Part shown: positions 9,553 through 18,600 of the stretch, one piece after another
Layout: each line of letters opens with the position of its first letter
Position numbering within the stretch: the first letter of the stretch is position 1
Origin: Ignicoccus hospitalis KIN4/I
GTDB taxonomy: Archaea > Thermoproteota > Thermoprotei_A > Sulfolobales > Ignicoccaceae
DNA length: 32,000 bases
Direction of reading: 5' to 3'
Assembly: GCF_000017945.1 (NCBI RefSeq)
Contig: NC_009776.1
Coordinates: 270,001-302,000, forward strand
Notes under the pieces: generated by a model
What the model saw: the letters and a program-made list of their open reading frames with translations, nothing else
Database searches by the model: none
What the model was told of the DNA's origin: nothing
Position numbers and translations under genes: made by a program

Positions 9553-10800
9553 GTGGAAGAGAGGGAAGTGCAGCCCGAGGTTAACATCGGCGTGGTAGGG
9601 CACGTGGACCACGGAAAGACCACGTTGGTCCAAGCGCTCACTGGCGTGTGGACCGCCAGGCACAGCGAGGAGCTCAAGAGGGGGATGACTATAAAGCTGG
9701 GCTACGCCGACGGGGACATATACAAGTGCACCAACTGCCCCGAACCGGACGCCTACTCCCCCGAGCCTAAATGCCCGAGGTGCCCCAAGGGGAGCGAGCC
9801 GGTCCTCCAGAGGAGGGTCTCCTACGTGGACGCCCCGGGACACGAGGTGTTGATGGCCACCATGCTCTCCGGCTCCTCCTTGGTGGATGGCGCCTTGCTA
9901 GTAATAGCTGCAAACGAGCCTTGTCCCCAGCCGCAGACTAAGGAGCACTTCATGGCTTTGGACATAATAGGCATTAGGAAGTTAGTTGTCGTCCAGAACA
10001 AGATAGACGTGGTGAGCAAGGACCAAGCGATGAAGAACTACCAACAGATCAGGAAGTTCTTGGAGGGCACTTGGGCTGAGGACGCGGTGGTTGTGCCGGT
10101 CAGCGCCTTGCACAAGGCCAACATAGACGCGCTGCTGGAGGCGATCCAAGAGGAGATCCCCACTCCCCCGAGGGACTTGGACTCCCCGCCCCTCATGTGG
10201 ATAGCTAGGAGCTTCGACGTGAACAGGCCGGGCACGCCCCCGGAGAAGCTCGTAGGAGGGGTCGTCGGGGGCTCCTTGATGAGGGGGAAGCTGAGGGTAG
10301 GGGATAAGATAGAGATAAGGCCCGGCTACGCCGTAAGGAGCGGGAACAAGGTCGAGTACGTCCCGCTGGAGAGCGAAGTGGTCAGCTTGAGGTTCGGCAA
10401 CGTGGAGGTAGAAGAGGCCAAGCCCGGCGGGCTGGTGGCGGTGGGCACCCGGCTGGACCCCTCCGTTACCAAGGCTGACGCCCTCGTGGGGAGCGTGTTG
10501 GGGAGGCCCGGGGAGCTGCCGCCGGTTTACGACCAGCTCACCTTGGAGTACCACTTGCTCGACCGCGTGGTGGGCTTCAGAGGGGGCGAGATGAAGATGG
10601 CCCCGCTGAGGAGGGGAGAGGTGTTAATGATGACCATAGGTACGAACATAACCATCGGTATGGTAGTCGACTTGAAGAAGGACGAAATGACCGTGAAGCT
10701 CCAGAGGCCCGCGGTGGCCTGGAAGGGGGCGAGGGTGGCCTTCAGCAGGAGGATACAAGGCCGCTGGAGGCTGGCGGGCTGGGGCGTGGTTAAAAACTAG
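9553..10800 (+). CDS. eif2g: Translation initiation factor aIF2 subunit gamma
   Basis: 415 aa, GTG start; GVVGHVDHGKTTL, KLGYADGDIYKCTNC, CPRC zinc ribbon, YVDAPGHEVLMATML, NKIDVV, PVSALH. Confidence 0.97.
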   Translation: MEEREVQPEVNIGVVGHVDHGKTTLVQALTGVWTARHSEELKRGMTIKLGYADGDIYKCTNCPEPDAYSPEPKCPRCPKGSEPVLQRRVSYVDAPGHEVLMATMLSGSSLVDGALLVIAANEPCPQPQTKEHFMALDIIGIRKLVVVQNKIDVVSKDQAMKNYQQIRKFLEGTWAEDAVVVPVSALHKANIDALLEAIQEEIPTPPRDLDSPPLMWIARSFDVNRPGTPPEKLVGGVVGGSLMRGKLRVGDKIEIRPGYAVRSGNKVEYVPLESEVVSLRFGNVEVEEAKPGGLVAVGTRLDPSVTKADALVGSVLGRPGELPPVYDQLTLEYHLLDRVVGFRGGEMKMAPLRRGEVLMMTIGTNITIGMVVDLKKDEMTVKLQRPAVAWKGARVAFSRRIQGRWRLAGWGVVKN

Positions 10801-11825
10801 AACATCTTTAGGTCCAACCCTTCCTTGAGCCACCTCGAGGCCTCCAAGGCGTGGTACGTTATTATTATGTTTGCGCCGGCCCTCTTTATTGAGTGCAGTA
10901 TTTCCAAAGTTATCTTCTTCTCGTCCACCAGCCCCTTCTCGGCCGCCGCCTTAACCATGCTGTACTCTCCGCTGACGTTGTATGCTGCTAAGGGGTAGTG
11001 GGGGAAGGCCTCCCTCACCCTCCTTATAACGTCCAAGTAGGAGAGCGCGGGCTTCACCATCAAGATGTCCGCCCCCTCCTTAACGTCCAACATAACCTCC
11101 TTCAAGGCCTCCTCCCCGTTCCTGGGGTCCATCTGGTAGGTCCTCCTGTCCCCGTGCTGGGGGGCGTTGCTGGCGGCCTCGCGGAAGGGGCCGTAGAAGG
11201 CGGAAGCGTACTTGGCGGCGTAGCTCATTATAGCCACGTCCGTGAAGCCCTCCTTGTCCAAGGCCTCCCTTATGGCCAGCACCATGCCGTCCATCATCGA
11301 GGAGGGGGCCACCACGTCCGCCCCCGCCTTGGCGTGGGAGAGGGCGACCTTAGCTAACAGCTCCAAGGTCTTGTCGTTGTCCACCACGTACTCGCAGAGG
11401 TCGCCGCGACACCTCTTGGCTAGGACCCCGCAGTGGCCGTGGGAGGTGTAGTGGCAGAGGCACACGTCCGTGAAGACCACCACCTCGTCCCCCAGCTCCT
11501 TCTTGAGCAGCCTGACCGCCCTCTGGACCACCCCTTGGTCGTCGTAAGCGGAGGAGCCGAGGTCGTCCTTGTGCTTGGGGACCCCGAAGAGCAGCACCGA
11601 CCTTACCCCTAGGTCCAACGCCTCTTGGACGTGCTTCACTAACTCCTCTCCCACCGGCCACCTCATCTGCCCGGGCATCGCGCTTATCTCTTCAGGCTTG
11701 TCTATGCCTTCTTTGACGAATATGGGGTATATGAAGTCCCTGGGGGAGAGCCTGGTCTCGGCGACCAAGTCCCTGAGGTACAAGTTCTTCCTCAGCCTGC
11801 GCGGCCGGAGCCTGGGGAAGCTCAA
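10797..11825 (-). CDS. hemB: Delta-aminolevulinic acid dehydratase (porphobilinogen synthase)
   Basis: 342 aa; DVCLCHYTSHGHCGV, DVVAPSSMMDGMV, SYAAKYASAFYGPFREAA, ILMVKPALSYLDVI, YNVSGEYSM. Confidence 0.97.
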   Translation of the reverse strand: MSFPRLRPRRLRKNLYLRDLVAETRLSPRDFIYPIFVKEGIDKPEEISAMPGQMRWPVGEELVKHVQEALDLGVRSVLLFGVPKHKDDLGSSAYDDQGVVQRAVRLLKKELGDEVVVFTDVCLCHYTSHGHCGVLAKRCRGDLCEYVVDNDKTLELLAKVALSHAKAGADVVAPSSMMDGMVLAIREALDKEGFTDVAIMSYAAKYASAFYGPFREAASNAPQHGDRRTYQMDPRNGEEALKEVMLDVKEGADILMVKPALSYLDVIRRVREAFPHYPLAAYNVSGEYSMVKAAAEKGLVDEKKITLEILHSIKRAGANIIITYHALEASRWLKEGLDLKMF

Positions 11826-11890
11826 GGCCCTCTTCCGCTCCGCAGTAAAGCTCCGAGGACTATATCCGGTAACTCCCGGGGGCGAAGGGC

Positions 11891-12595
11891 TTGAGGTGGT
11901 CCCTAGAGGGCGAGGCGTACCCAGTCATAAGGGTAGAGCTCGAAGAGGGGGAGAAGCTCTACGCGGAGGCGGGCGCAATGATGATGATGAAAGGCGACGT
12001 GAAGGTTGATACTGTGTTGATAGACTTAGAGGAGGAGGGCAACGTGCTGAGGGCGCTGGCGGAGGCCCTCGGGAGGAAGCTGTTGGCCGGGGAGACGGTC
12101 TTCCACAACGTCTTCGAGGGCCCGGGGGTGGTTTGGCTGAGCCCCAGCCTCCCCGGAGGGGTGGAGTACATTGAGGTCAAGGGGGAGTGCTGGACCGTTC
12201 AAGACTACTCCTACGTGGCCCACTTCGGGGACTTGAAGCTGGACCTAGCGTGGAAGGGCCCCAAGGGCCTCTTCTTGGGGGACTTGGTCTGGCTGAGGGC
12301 CTGCGGCGAAGGGGGGCTGTGGGTCTCCAGCTACGGCGACATAATGAAGGTAGAGGTGGAGGACGAAATGGTGATAGACAACATGCACTTCGTGGCCCTC
12401 CCGGACGACGCTGAGTGGAGGGTCGAGAAGTTCGGCGGGCTGAAGAGCTTCATCACCGGCGGGGAGGGGTACGTGATAAGGGTGAAGGGGCCGACCACGG
12501 TCTACGTGCAGACTAGGATACTGCCCCCGCTCGCCGCGGCCATAGCTAGGTTCATGCCCTCGAGGTGGGCCGAGCTCTTCAGGGCGAGGCTTTAG
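11891..12595 (+). CDS. AIM24/TIGR00266-like (DUF124) family protein
   Basis: 234 aa, TTG start; YAEAGAMMMMKGDVKVDT, FLGDLVWL, FVALPDDAEW..FGGLKSFITGGEGYVIRVKGPTTVYVQTR. Confidence 0.75.
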   Translation: MRWSLEGEAYPVIRVELEEGEKLYAEAGAMMMMKGDVKVDTVLIDLEEEGNVLRALAEALGRKLLAGETVFHNVFEGPGVVWLSPSLPGGVEYIEVKGECWTVQDYSYVAHFGDLKLDLAWKGPKGLFLGDLVWLRACGEGGLWVSSYGDIMKVEVEDEMVIDNMHFVALPDDAEWRVEKFGGLKSFITGGEGYVIRVKGPTTVYVQTRILPPLAAAIARFMPSRWAELFRARL

Positions 12596-12651
12596 GACCT
12601 TACGGCAGTATCTTGAAGGCTCCTTCGAAAGGTCGTCCCAAAATATCGTAG

Positions 12652-12662
12652 TCTTATATAGA
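12652..12662 (+). promoter_or_regulatory. Putative TATA box for csx1
   Basis: CTTATATA (CGTAGTCTTATATAGAG) about 40 nt upstream of the csx1 start codon. Confidence 0.5.
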
Positions 12663-12697
12663 GAAAGCCTATTTGTGAGGTATGGGGGATGATGTAA

Positions 12698-14269
12698 TTG
12701 AAGGCGCTGGTAATATCTACGTGGGGCAACTCTAGAGCGTGGGAAAGGGTCACCTATCGCCCGGACGACCATTTGAAGGATGCCCTTGAGGACGTCCTGG
12801 AACAAGAAGTCACCTCATGTAATGTGCTGAAGCTCTTCAAAAAAGAGAATACGAGAAAAGTCGTGCTCCTACCGATATCCCTTCTCGACGAAAAAGCGAA
12901 TGATCTCAAAGAGGCAGAGGACAAGATAAAGGAAACTGTAGTTACATCGAACGAGAACGACGACTGCAGAAAAGATCTAAAAGAAATCTTGAACAGCTCC
13001 GAAGTCAAAATCGTTCTTGGGAGTGGAACTTTCCTCTCGAATAAGGTCATAAAAAAGTTTGAGGTTCCGTTCAACACCGTGTTAAGCGACCTATACTTGA
13101 AACTCTACGAGAGCTTGAAGGAAGAGTACAAGCGTGCGGAGGAAGAACTCGAGGTTATTTTAGACATAACTCACGGAGTTAACTACTACCCCGTAAGCTC
13201 CAGAGCTATACTCGAGAAGCTCTTAGCAGTTATGAGTCACAGAGGAAAGAGTAGGCTTTACGTCGCTTCGAGCGACCCCTTCGTGCGCGGCCGAGGGGGC
13301 TCTGTGAAAGAGACCATGAATCTCGAGTACCACTTAATCGAGAAGAAGGCGTTTCCCAAAAACGCGTTCCTAACCTTGGCAATAGATATAGAGTTTAAAA
13401 ACGTGGTAAAGGGAAAAAGCGAGATAAATGACGAGTTGGAAGAATTGAAGAAGATCAAAAAATACATAGGATTGTTAAGCGTACCGAGCCTCCTCGCGTG
13501 GAGCTACCTCAAATACGTACTGGAGAACAACAACGCCATAAAGAAAGCCGAGAACTTGTTACTTAGGATAAGTAAAGAACTTGAGAAATTCTCCATCGAA
13601 GACGACAAGTTCAAATTTAGTGTGGAATTTAATCCAAAAAGCGTGTTTGACTTAATAGCGCTGATCGAAGTAGGCGAAGCCCTCAAGGACTTAAAAGGGG
13701 AGAAGAACTGTGACTTCTTCGCGGTTGAGTTCGATGACTTGAACGCTAGCAACAATAAATATAAGGACCTCATGGAAGATGTATCCAAGCGCTTATGGGA
13801 GAAGGAGTTCAATGACCTAAAATTGACCATTAGATCCTATGAGCGAGTAAAAGAAGAGGCGAGGAGCGCGCTCGAAGAGTTAAAGAACATAGACGACTTG
13901 AGGAACCTCGCCGTGTCCGAGGAGAAGCTGAGGGAAAAGGTAGAAAAAGAAAGCACAGAACGCCTCAAGTGCAAACTGGAGGAACTTCGAAAATACATCA
14001 TGGACGGGTGGCTCCCGTACTCGTTCCTTAGGGTGGGCAGCGAGGTCAGCGGAGGAGGAGAGAGCATACGGAAGAAGCTCCAAGAGGAGGCCCTGTGGTG
14101 GGCCGTGTGGGCCCTCCGTGTCAATAGGGATGACTGTTCGGCTGACGAAGCCACTGTTAGAAACTTCGTAGCTCACGCGGGCTTGGAGATGAACGTAACC
14201 TTCGTGAAAAATGACAAAGTCGCGTACTACCTCCCCTCCCTTGAGTGCATAATAGAGAAATTAACATAA
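12698..14269 (+). CDS. csx1: Csx1-family CARF-HEPN CRISPR ancillary ribonuclease
   Basis: 523 aa; KALVISTWGN N-terminal CARF start, LDITHGVNYYP motif, and C-terminal HEPN RxxxxH active site TVRNFVAHAGLE (R codon at 14159). Confidence 0.85.
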   Translation: MKALVISTWGNSRAWERVTYRPDDHLKDALEDVLEQEVTSCNVLKLFKKENTRKVVLLPISLLDEKANDLKEAEDKIKETVVTSNENDDCRKDLKEILNSSEVKIVLGSGTFLSNKVIKKFEVPFNTVLSDLYLKLYESLKEEYKRAEEELEVILDITHGVNYYPVSSRAILEKLLAVMSHRGKSRLYVASSDPFVRGRGGSVKETMNLEYHLIEKKAFPKNAFLTLAIDIEFKNVVKGKSEINDELEELKKIKKYIGLLSVPSLLAWSYLKYVLENNNAIKKAENLLLRISKELEKFSIEDDKFKFSVEFNPKSVFDLIALIEVGEALKDLKGEKNCDFFAVEFDDLNASNNKYKDLMEDVSKRLWEKEFNDLKLTIRSYERVKEEARSALEELKNIDDLRNLAVSEEKLREKVEKESTERLKCKLEELRKYIMDGWLPYSFLRVGSEVSGGGESIRKKLQEEALWWAVWALRVNRDDCSADEATVRNFVAHAGLEMNVTFVKNDKVAYYLPSLECIIEKLT

Positions 14270-14383
14270 AGAAGTCAACAAGGATTAAACGATCGATTAA
14301 CAGGGGAAAACATAAAAGCCGGCAGCGCTCGGGTTAAGCGTTAAATGCTCTAAAACAGAGCGGCTGACGGGTGTCGACCCTCC

Positions 14384-15220
14384 TTGAAAAAGGACGTCGT
14401 ACCGGCGTTGATGAGCGCCGTCACGCACGTCCACGTCGGCTGGGGGAGGGGACAAGCGGACGTGGACCAACCAATAATTAAGGACCCTATGGGAATACCC
14501 TTCATCCCCGGCTCCTCCGTCAAGGGCGCGCTTAAGACGAAGTTCTTGATAGAGGGCGGGTGCACGTCGAGTTCGAACGGGGGAGAGGGGTACTGCGAGA
14601 AGTGCGCAGAAGTTTGCTGTCTCTTCGGCGGCGAAATGGGAGGAGAGGGGGCGTCCAGAGTGGTCGTAGCGGACTTCTACCCGCTCCTCATCCCAGTGCC
14701 CTCTTTGGACTATGGGTACGTCTACGTAACTTCTGACTCGCTCTTGCAGTACGCAGAATCTTTAGGCATTAAAGTGATTAAGGGAGAGGGTGAGGGCGAG
14801 GAAATATTCGTGGGAACGCAGAAGGTATCTGTTAACGCGGTTCACCTCGATGAACGTGTGGCGCGGCTCCACCCGTTCTTGAAGCGTTTCCTCAGAAGCG
14901 ACAGTGATAAGTATGTAAGGGTATACAAAGTTGACGACGATCATCTGTCCAGATTGGTGGACGCGGCGCTGGTACGGTTAACTAGGGTTAAAGTGGCGAG
15001 GGGCACGAAGACCGTTGAACGCGGCAAGCTCTGGACGGAAGAGTACCTACCCCACGGGACCGTCCTGGCGGGGGCCTTTGTTTACAGGCCTTGGAGGAAC
15101 GTCTACTGCGAGAGGTGTGAGAGGTGTGAGGAAATATGGGAAAGGCTGAAAGACGTTCTGTTGACGATCGGAGGCAAAGAGACTATCGGTAAAGGCTTGG
15201 TTAAGATCACGGCTTTCTGA
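14384..15220 (+). CDS. cmr4: Type III-B CRISPR RAMP protein Cmr4 (Cas7 backbone nuclease)
   Basis: 278 aa, TTG start; THVHVGWGRGQADVDQPIIKDPMGIPFIPGSSVKGALKTKFL with the catalytic Asp context VDxPI (D28), CCLFGGEMG, C-terminal GGKETIGKGLVKI. Confidence 0.85.
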   Translation: MKKDVVPALMSAVTHVHVGWGRGQADVDQPIIKDPMGIPFIPGSSVKGALKTKFLIEGGCTSSSNGGEGYCEKCAEVCCLFGGEMGGEGASRVVVADFYPLLIPVPSLDYGYVYVTSDSLLQYAESLGIKVIKGEGEGEEIFVGTQKVSVNAVHLDERVARLHPFLKRFLRSDSDKYVRVYKVDDDHLSRLVDAALVRLTRVKVARGTKTVERGKLWTEEYLPHGTVLAGAFVYRPWRNVYCERCERCEEIWERLKDVLLTIGGKETIGKGLVKITAF

Positions 15221-15287
15221 GAAAACGAAAGGACCTCGTCGCAGCTCCTAGAGAAAGTCTTCGCGAGAGCCTCGTTGCCCCGTTCGG

Positions 15288-15515
15288 TTGAATGAGTACA
15301 TTGAAGAGATAAAACAGCCCTCTAACTCAACGAACGCGAGGGTACAAGGGTTGCCCCACTGGTCCTCGCCGGCCAACGCAACCCATTTCAAATTCCAGAA
15401 AAGGAACTTTAGCGAACCCGTGTTCCAATTAGCTCGCGCGCCTCACGCGGAGTTCCTCGGAACGATTGGGGACCATATGCTTGAAGTAATCGGACGTTCT
15501 CAGAGGGGTAATTAA
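15288..15515 (+). CDS. Small orphan ORF between cmr4 and cmr2 (75 aa, no recognised family)
   Basis: Open frame filling most of the 296-nt gap, TTG start; LNEYIEEIKQPSNSTNARVQGLPHWSSPANATHFKFQKRNFSEPVFQLARAPHAEFLGTIGDHMLEV; ends 1 nt before the cmr2 ATG. Confidence 0.35.
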   Translation: MNEYIEEIKQPSNSTNARVQGLPHWSSPANATHFKFQKRNFSEPVFQLARAPHAEFLGTIGDHMLEVIGRSQRGN

Positions 15516-15516
15516 C

Positions 15517-18500
15517 ATGACGTGTAATAATTTAATAAAGAAAAAGATGGTTGCACTGCTCCACGACACGCCGGAAAAGGCGTGGTTAATGTACGTCAAG
15601 AAGAAACACGAAGAATACGCTAAGGAAAGGATAGGGGACGTCCTTGGAGAGGAATACTTAGACTACTTCAAAGACGTTAAAGCGTACGACGTAATTTCCT
15701 CTACTATAGATAGGTGGGTCGTGCCCTCCCGGATGAACATCGATCGCGTGATTAGGCTGATCAACCCCTTCGACCCCAACTTCTTCTATGAGATCGACTT
15801 GGGGCAAATAAGTAAGGAAAAGATAGAGGATTACTGGAACAAGTTGAAGACGTGTTTGAGCAAGGTAAGTGGTGACAGAGAGAGGTACCACGCCCAGTAC
15901 GTCCTCATGGAGCTGCTGTGGTACAAGACAGTAAAGGTCCCCCTCCCCGCCGACACCAGGTTTCCTACCCACACAGTCTTCGACCACGTATACGCTACCG
16001 CTTCCATGATTAACATCTATAATAACGATAGCAAGAAGTTCTCCGGCTTCATAGTGGGAATAGACATACCGGGCATTCAGAGCTTCATAAGCGGGGGACG
16101 GAGGCCCGGGGACTGGTGGATCAGGAGCTGGTTGATCTCCGCGACCGTGTGGTACTTAATAAAAGAGCTCGTCTGGAACCTCGGGCCGGACGTACTGTTA
16201 AGCCCCAGCGCGCGCTACAACCCCTTCTACTACGCAACGGTAGCGCATAGAGTACAAGCGGTCAGAGAGTGTTTGGACGAGAACCTCACCTCGCCCGAAC
16301 AGCCCTTGATGCCCGCCACAGTTACCTTGCTCCTCCCCGCCTGCAGCATAGAGCTTATGAGGTCTGAACTGGTCGAGAAGGGCTCGCTGAAGGAAGGCGA
16401 AGGAGTTTCCGACCCCTCCGTGATTATAAGCCGGTATTTCAAGGAGAGGTTGAAGGAGGCTTGGAAGAACGTCATTGAAGATATACAGACCCGGTTGCGG
16501 AGCACTGCCGATAATCTAATAAAAACGCTCGAAAAGGTCAGGGTATGTACCGGCACGTGTACCGACGTAGCGTCTGCCGACGATCTTATAGAGAGAATGA
16601 TAGAAATAATAAAGCATGCGGAGAGAGCTCCCTTCGACGTTAAAACTGTAGTTATAAACCTAGAAGAGGCCTTTGAGGAATTCGTCAAAGAGTTCAGAAG
16701 GATAGAAGGGAAAATGAGAGCTGAATTGGAGCAACTTATAAGCTCCGAAGGCTTAGCCGTAGGAAAGGACGTATTCCCCTACTCCAAGGACCTTAGCGAC
16801 GTGATGAGTGACTTAGAGAAGAAGCTGTTCTTCCACTGGCTAGTTACCAAGAAGTATCCCGAAGAGTTCCGCAAAGCGAAGGCCGTCCGCTTAGACCCGC
16901 TGCTCCTGGACGGTTGGACGCTAGAGGTCACTAAAGCTAGGTATGAGAGCTGTAAGGACAAGTCCGCGCCCATGTGTACTTGTGGCAGGCCCGCGGCTGT
17001 TCATAACCCGTCTGAGGCCTCGAGCCCCCTACTTAGGTCGCACGAGGCCCTCTGTCCTTACTGTTTGATCTTACGGTTGTTACAATATTACACCGATGCG
17101 TTGACCTCCATAGTGGAAGCCGACCACGTCAAGGCTCCAAAGGTCGTAATGTCCACGTTGGCAGCCTTGCCGGAGCTGGTCAAGTGGCTTTCCGAGTCTG
17201 GAGGAGCGGTTGAGATAATGGATGAAAATGGAAATAATGTGGGGTTGCCGAAGGACCAGCTCTTAGAGAGCTTGACGAGGAGCCTCAAGGAATATAGCTC
17301 TTTCGACTTCTATCAGAATAAGTATTCCCGTTTTAGCTTGGAGGAGGTCTTGGAAGAGCTGCAGAAAAACGAGACGGTGGAGAGACTCATAAGGGACGAT
17401 TCTAAGAACTTGTACATACGAGTTCTTGTACGTAAGGACAGAGACTCGAGCAAGTTGCTCTCTCTGAACAAGTACATAGCTATGGTAAAAGCTGACGCGG
17501 ACAACATGGGTAACCTCAAAGGGGGCAGGCTCGGTTACGATGCCGAAGCTTACTTTGAAACGATATATAGACAAGCCGGACCTCGGCGAGGGGTCGGTCA
17601 AGAGGAGAAGCTGTATAAACTTGCTGGCTCGTTAGTAAGGAGCGTAATAGAAAGGCTACATGAAATATATCCGAAAGAGGTCTACGGGGAGAACGACTCG
17701 TCCTTGCCCACAGTCTTGGTCACGCCCACATACTTGTTCCAACTCTCTTACTCCTTAATGACGGAAGCGCTAGTAGATAAGGAGATAGTAGAAAAGAATT
17801 ACGGCCTATTAGTGTTTGCCGGAGGGGACGACCTCCTAGCCTTGGTTCCGGCGAGAAGCGTCTCGAGGGGTTCGGGACGCGCGGAACCCCTCGGAGGTCT
17901 AGAGGAATTCCTCTCTCGGGAGTTGCTAGAAATTGTGAAGGAGTTCTACTTCTCCCCCGCGCTCTGGGTTTGGTGGTTGACCCGGCTCAACCACTGGGGA
18001 CTGCTCCGCAGTCCCGTCGGCTTCCGATATACAGACAACTTCTTCGCCCCGGCCTTGTTGGCATACGGGAGGAGCTACGGAATAGCAATAAGGCACTACC
18101 GCGACCCGCTGGCCAAGGTCTTTGAGGACGCGAGCGAACTGGAAGAAAGCGCGAAGAACGTATCTAAAAAGAAGGACGGTGTAGGAGTGAGCTACGGGCG
18201 CTTAGGGGCGAGGGGGGTCGCTCTGTCGAACTCGCTGGGCGTCGAAGACAAGGGGGACCTAAAGGAACCCGCTTCATTGGGTCCCATTATAGCCAAACTC
18301 TCATCCTTCCATCGCCGCGGGCTGAGCAATAATTTCTACTATGATATCGTGAGGGAGTTGCAGAAGTACTTTGGTCACGACGCGAAACACGAGTGGGCTG
18401 CAGCGAAAGGGCTCACCACACCCATCATAATATTGTTGAAATATATAATTAGTAGGAACGTGGCAGACGAGGAGAAGTATTCGCAAAACCTAAAGAAGGA

Positions 18501-18594
18501 GGTCGAGGAAGTCTTAGAGTTCTTGAAGCTCACAAATGAGTATATTTTTGATGTGTTGGAGTTCGGCTTTGCGTGGCACAAGGCCGTGAGGTGA
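15517..18594 (+). CDS. cmr2: Type III-B CRISPR large subunit Cmr2 (Cas10)
   Basis: 1025 aa; N-terminal HD motif ALLHDTPEKAW (H codon at 15562), GIDIPGIQSFISGGRRPGDWWIRSWL, zinc-ribbon-like CTCGRPA..CPYC, KADADNMGNLKGG, cyclase GGDD (17821-17832) in FAGGDDLLALVPA. Confidence 0.95.
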   Translation: MTCNNLIKKKMVALLHDTPEKAWLMYVKKKHEEYAKERIGDVLGEEYLDYFKDVKAYDVISSTIDRWVVPSRMNIDRVIRLINPFDPNFFYEIDLGQISKEKIEDYWNKLKTCLSKVSGDRERYHAQYVLMELLWYKTVKVPLPADTRFPTHTVFDHVYATASMINIYNNDSKKFSGFIVGIDIPGIQSFISGGRRPGDWWIRSWLISATVWYLIKELVWNLGPDVLLSPSARYNPFYYATVAHRVQAVRECLDENLTSPEQPLMPATVTLLLPACSIELMRSELVEKGSLKEGEGVSDPSVIISRYFKERLKEAWKNVIEDIQTRLRSTADNLIKTLEKVRVCTGTCTDVASADDLIERMIEIIKHAERAPFDVKTVVINLEEAFEEFVKEFRRIEGKMRAELEQLISSEGLAVGKDVFPYSKDLSDVMSDLEKKLFFHWLVTKKYPEEFRKAKAVRLDPLLLDGWTLEVTKARYESCKDKSAPMCTCGRPAAVHNPSEASSPLLRSHEALCPYCLILRLLQYYTDALTSIVEADHVKAPKVVMSTLAALPELVKWLSESGGAVEIMDENGNNVGLPKDQLLESLTRSLKEYSSFDFYQNKYSRFSLEEVLEELQKNETVERLIRDDSKNLYIRVLVRKDRDSSKLLSLNKYIAMVKADADNMGNLKGGRLGYDAEAYFETIYRQAGPRRGVGQEEKLYKLAGSLVRSVIERLHEIYPKEVYGENDSSLPTVLVTPTYLFQLSYSLMTEALVDKEIVEKNYGLLVFAGGDDLLALVPARSVSRGSGRAEPLGGLEEFLSRELLEIVKEFYFSPALWVWWLTRLNHWGLLRSPVGFRYTDNFFAPALLAYGRSYGIAIRHYRDPLAKVFEDASELEESAKNVSKKKDGVGVSYGRLGARGVALSNSLGVEDKGDLKEPASLGPIIAKLSSFHRRGLSNNFYYDIVRELQKYFGHDAKHEWAAAKGLTTPIIILLKYIISRNVADEEKYSQNLKKEVEEVLEFLKLTNEYIFDVLEFGFAWHKAVR

Positions 18595-18600
18595 GCGGCG

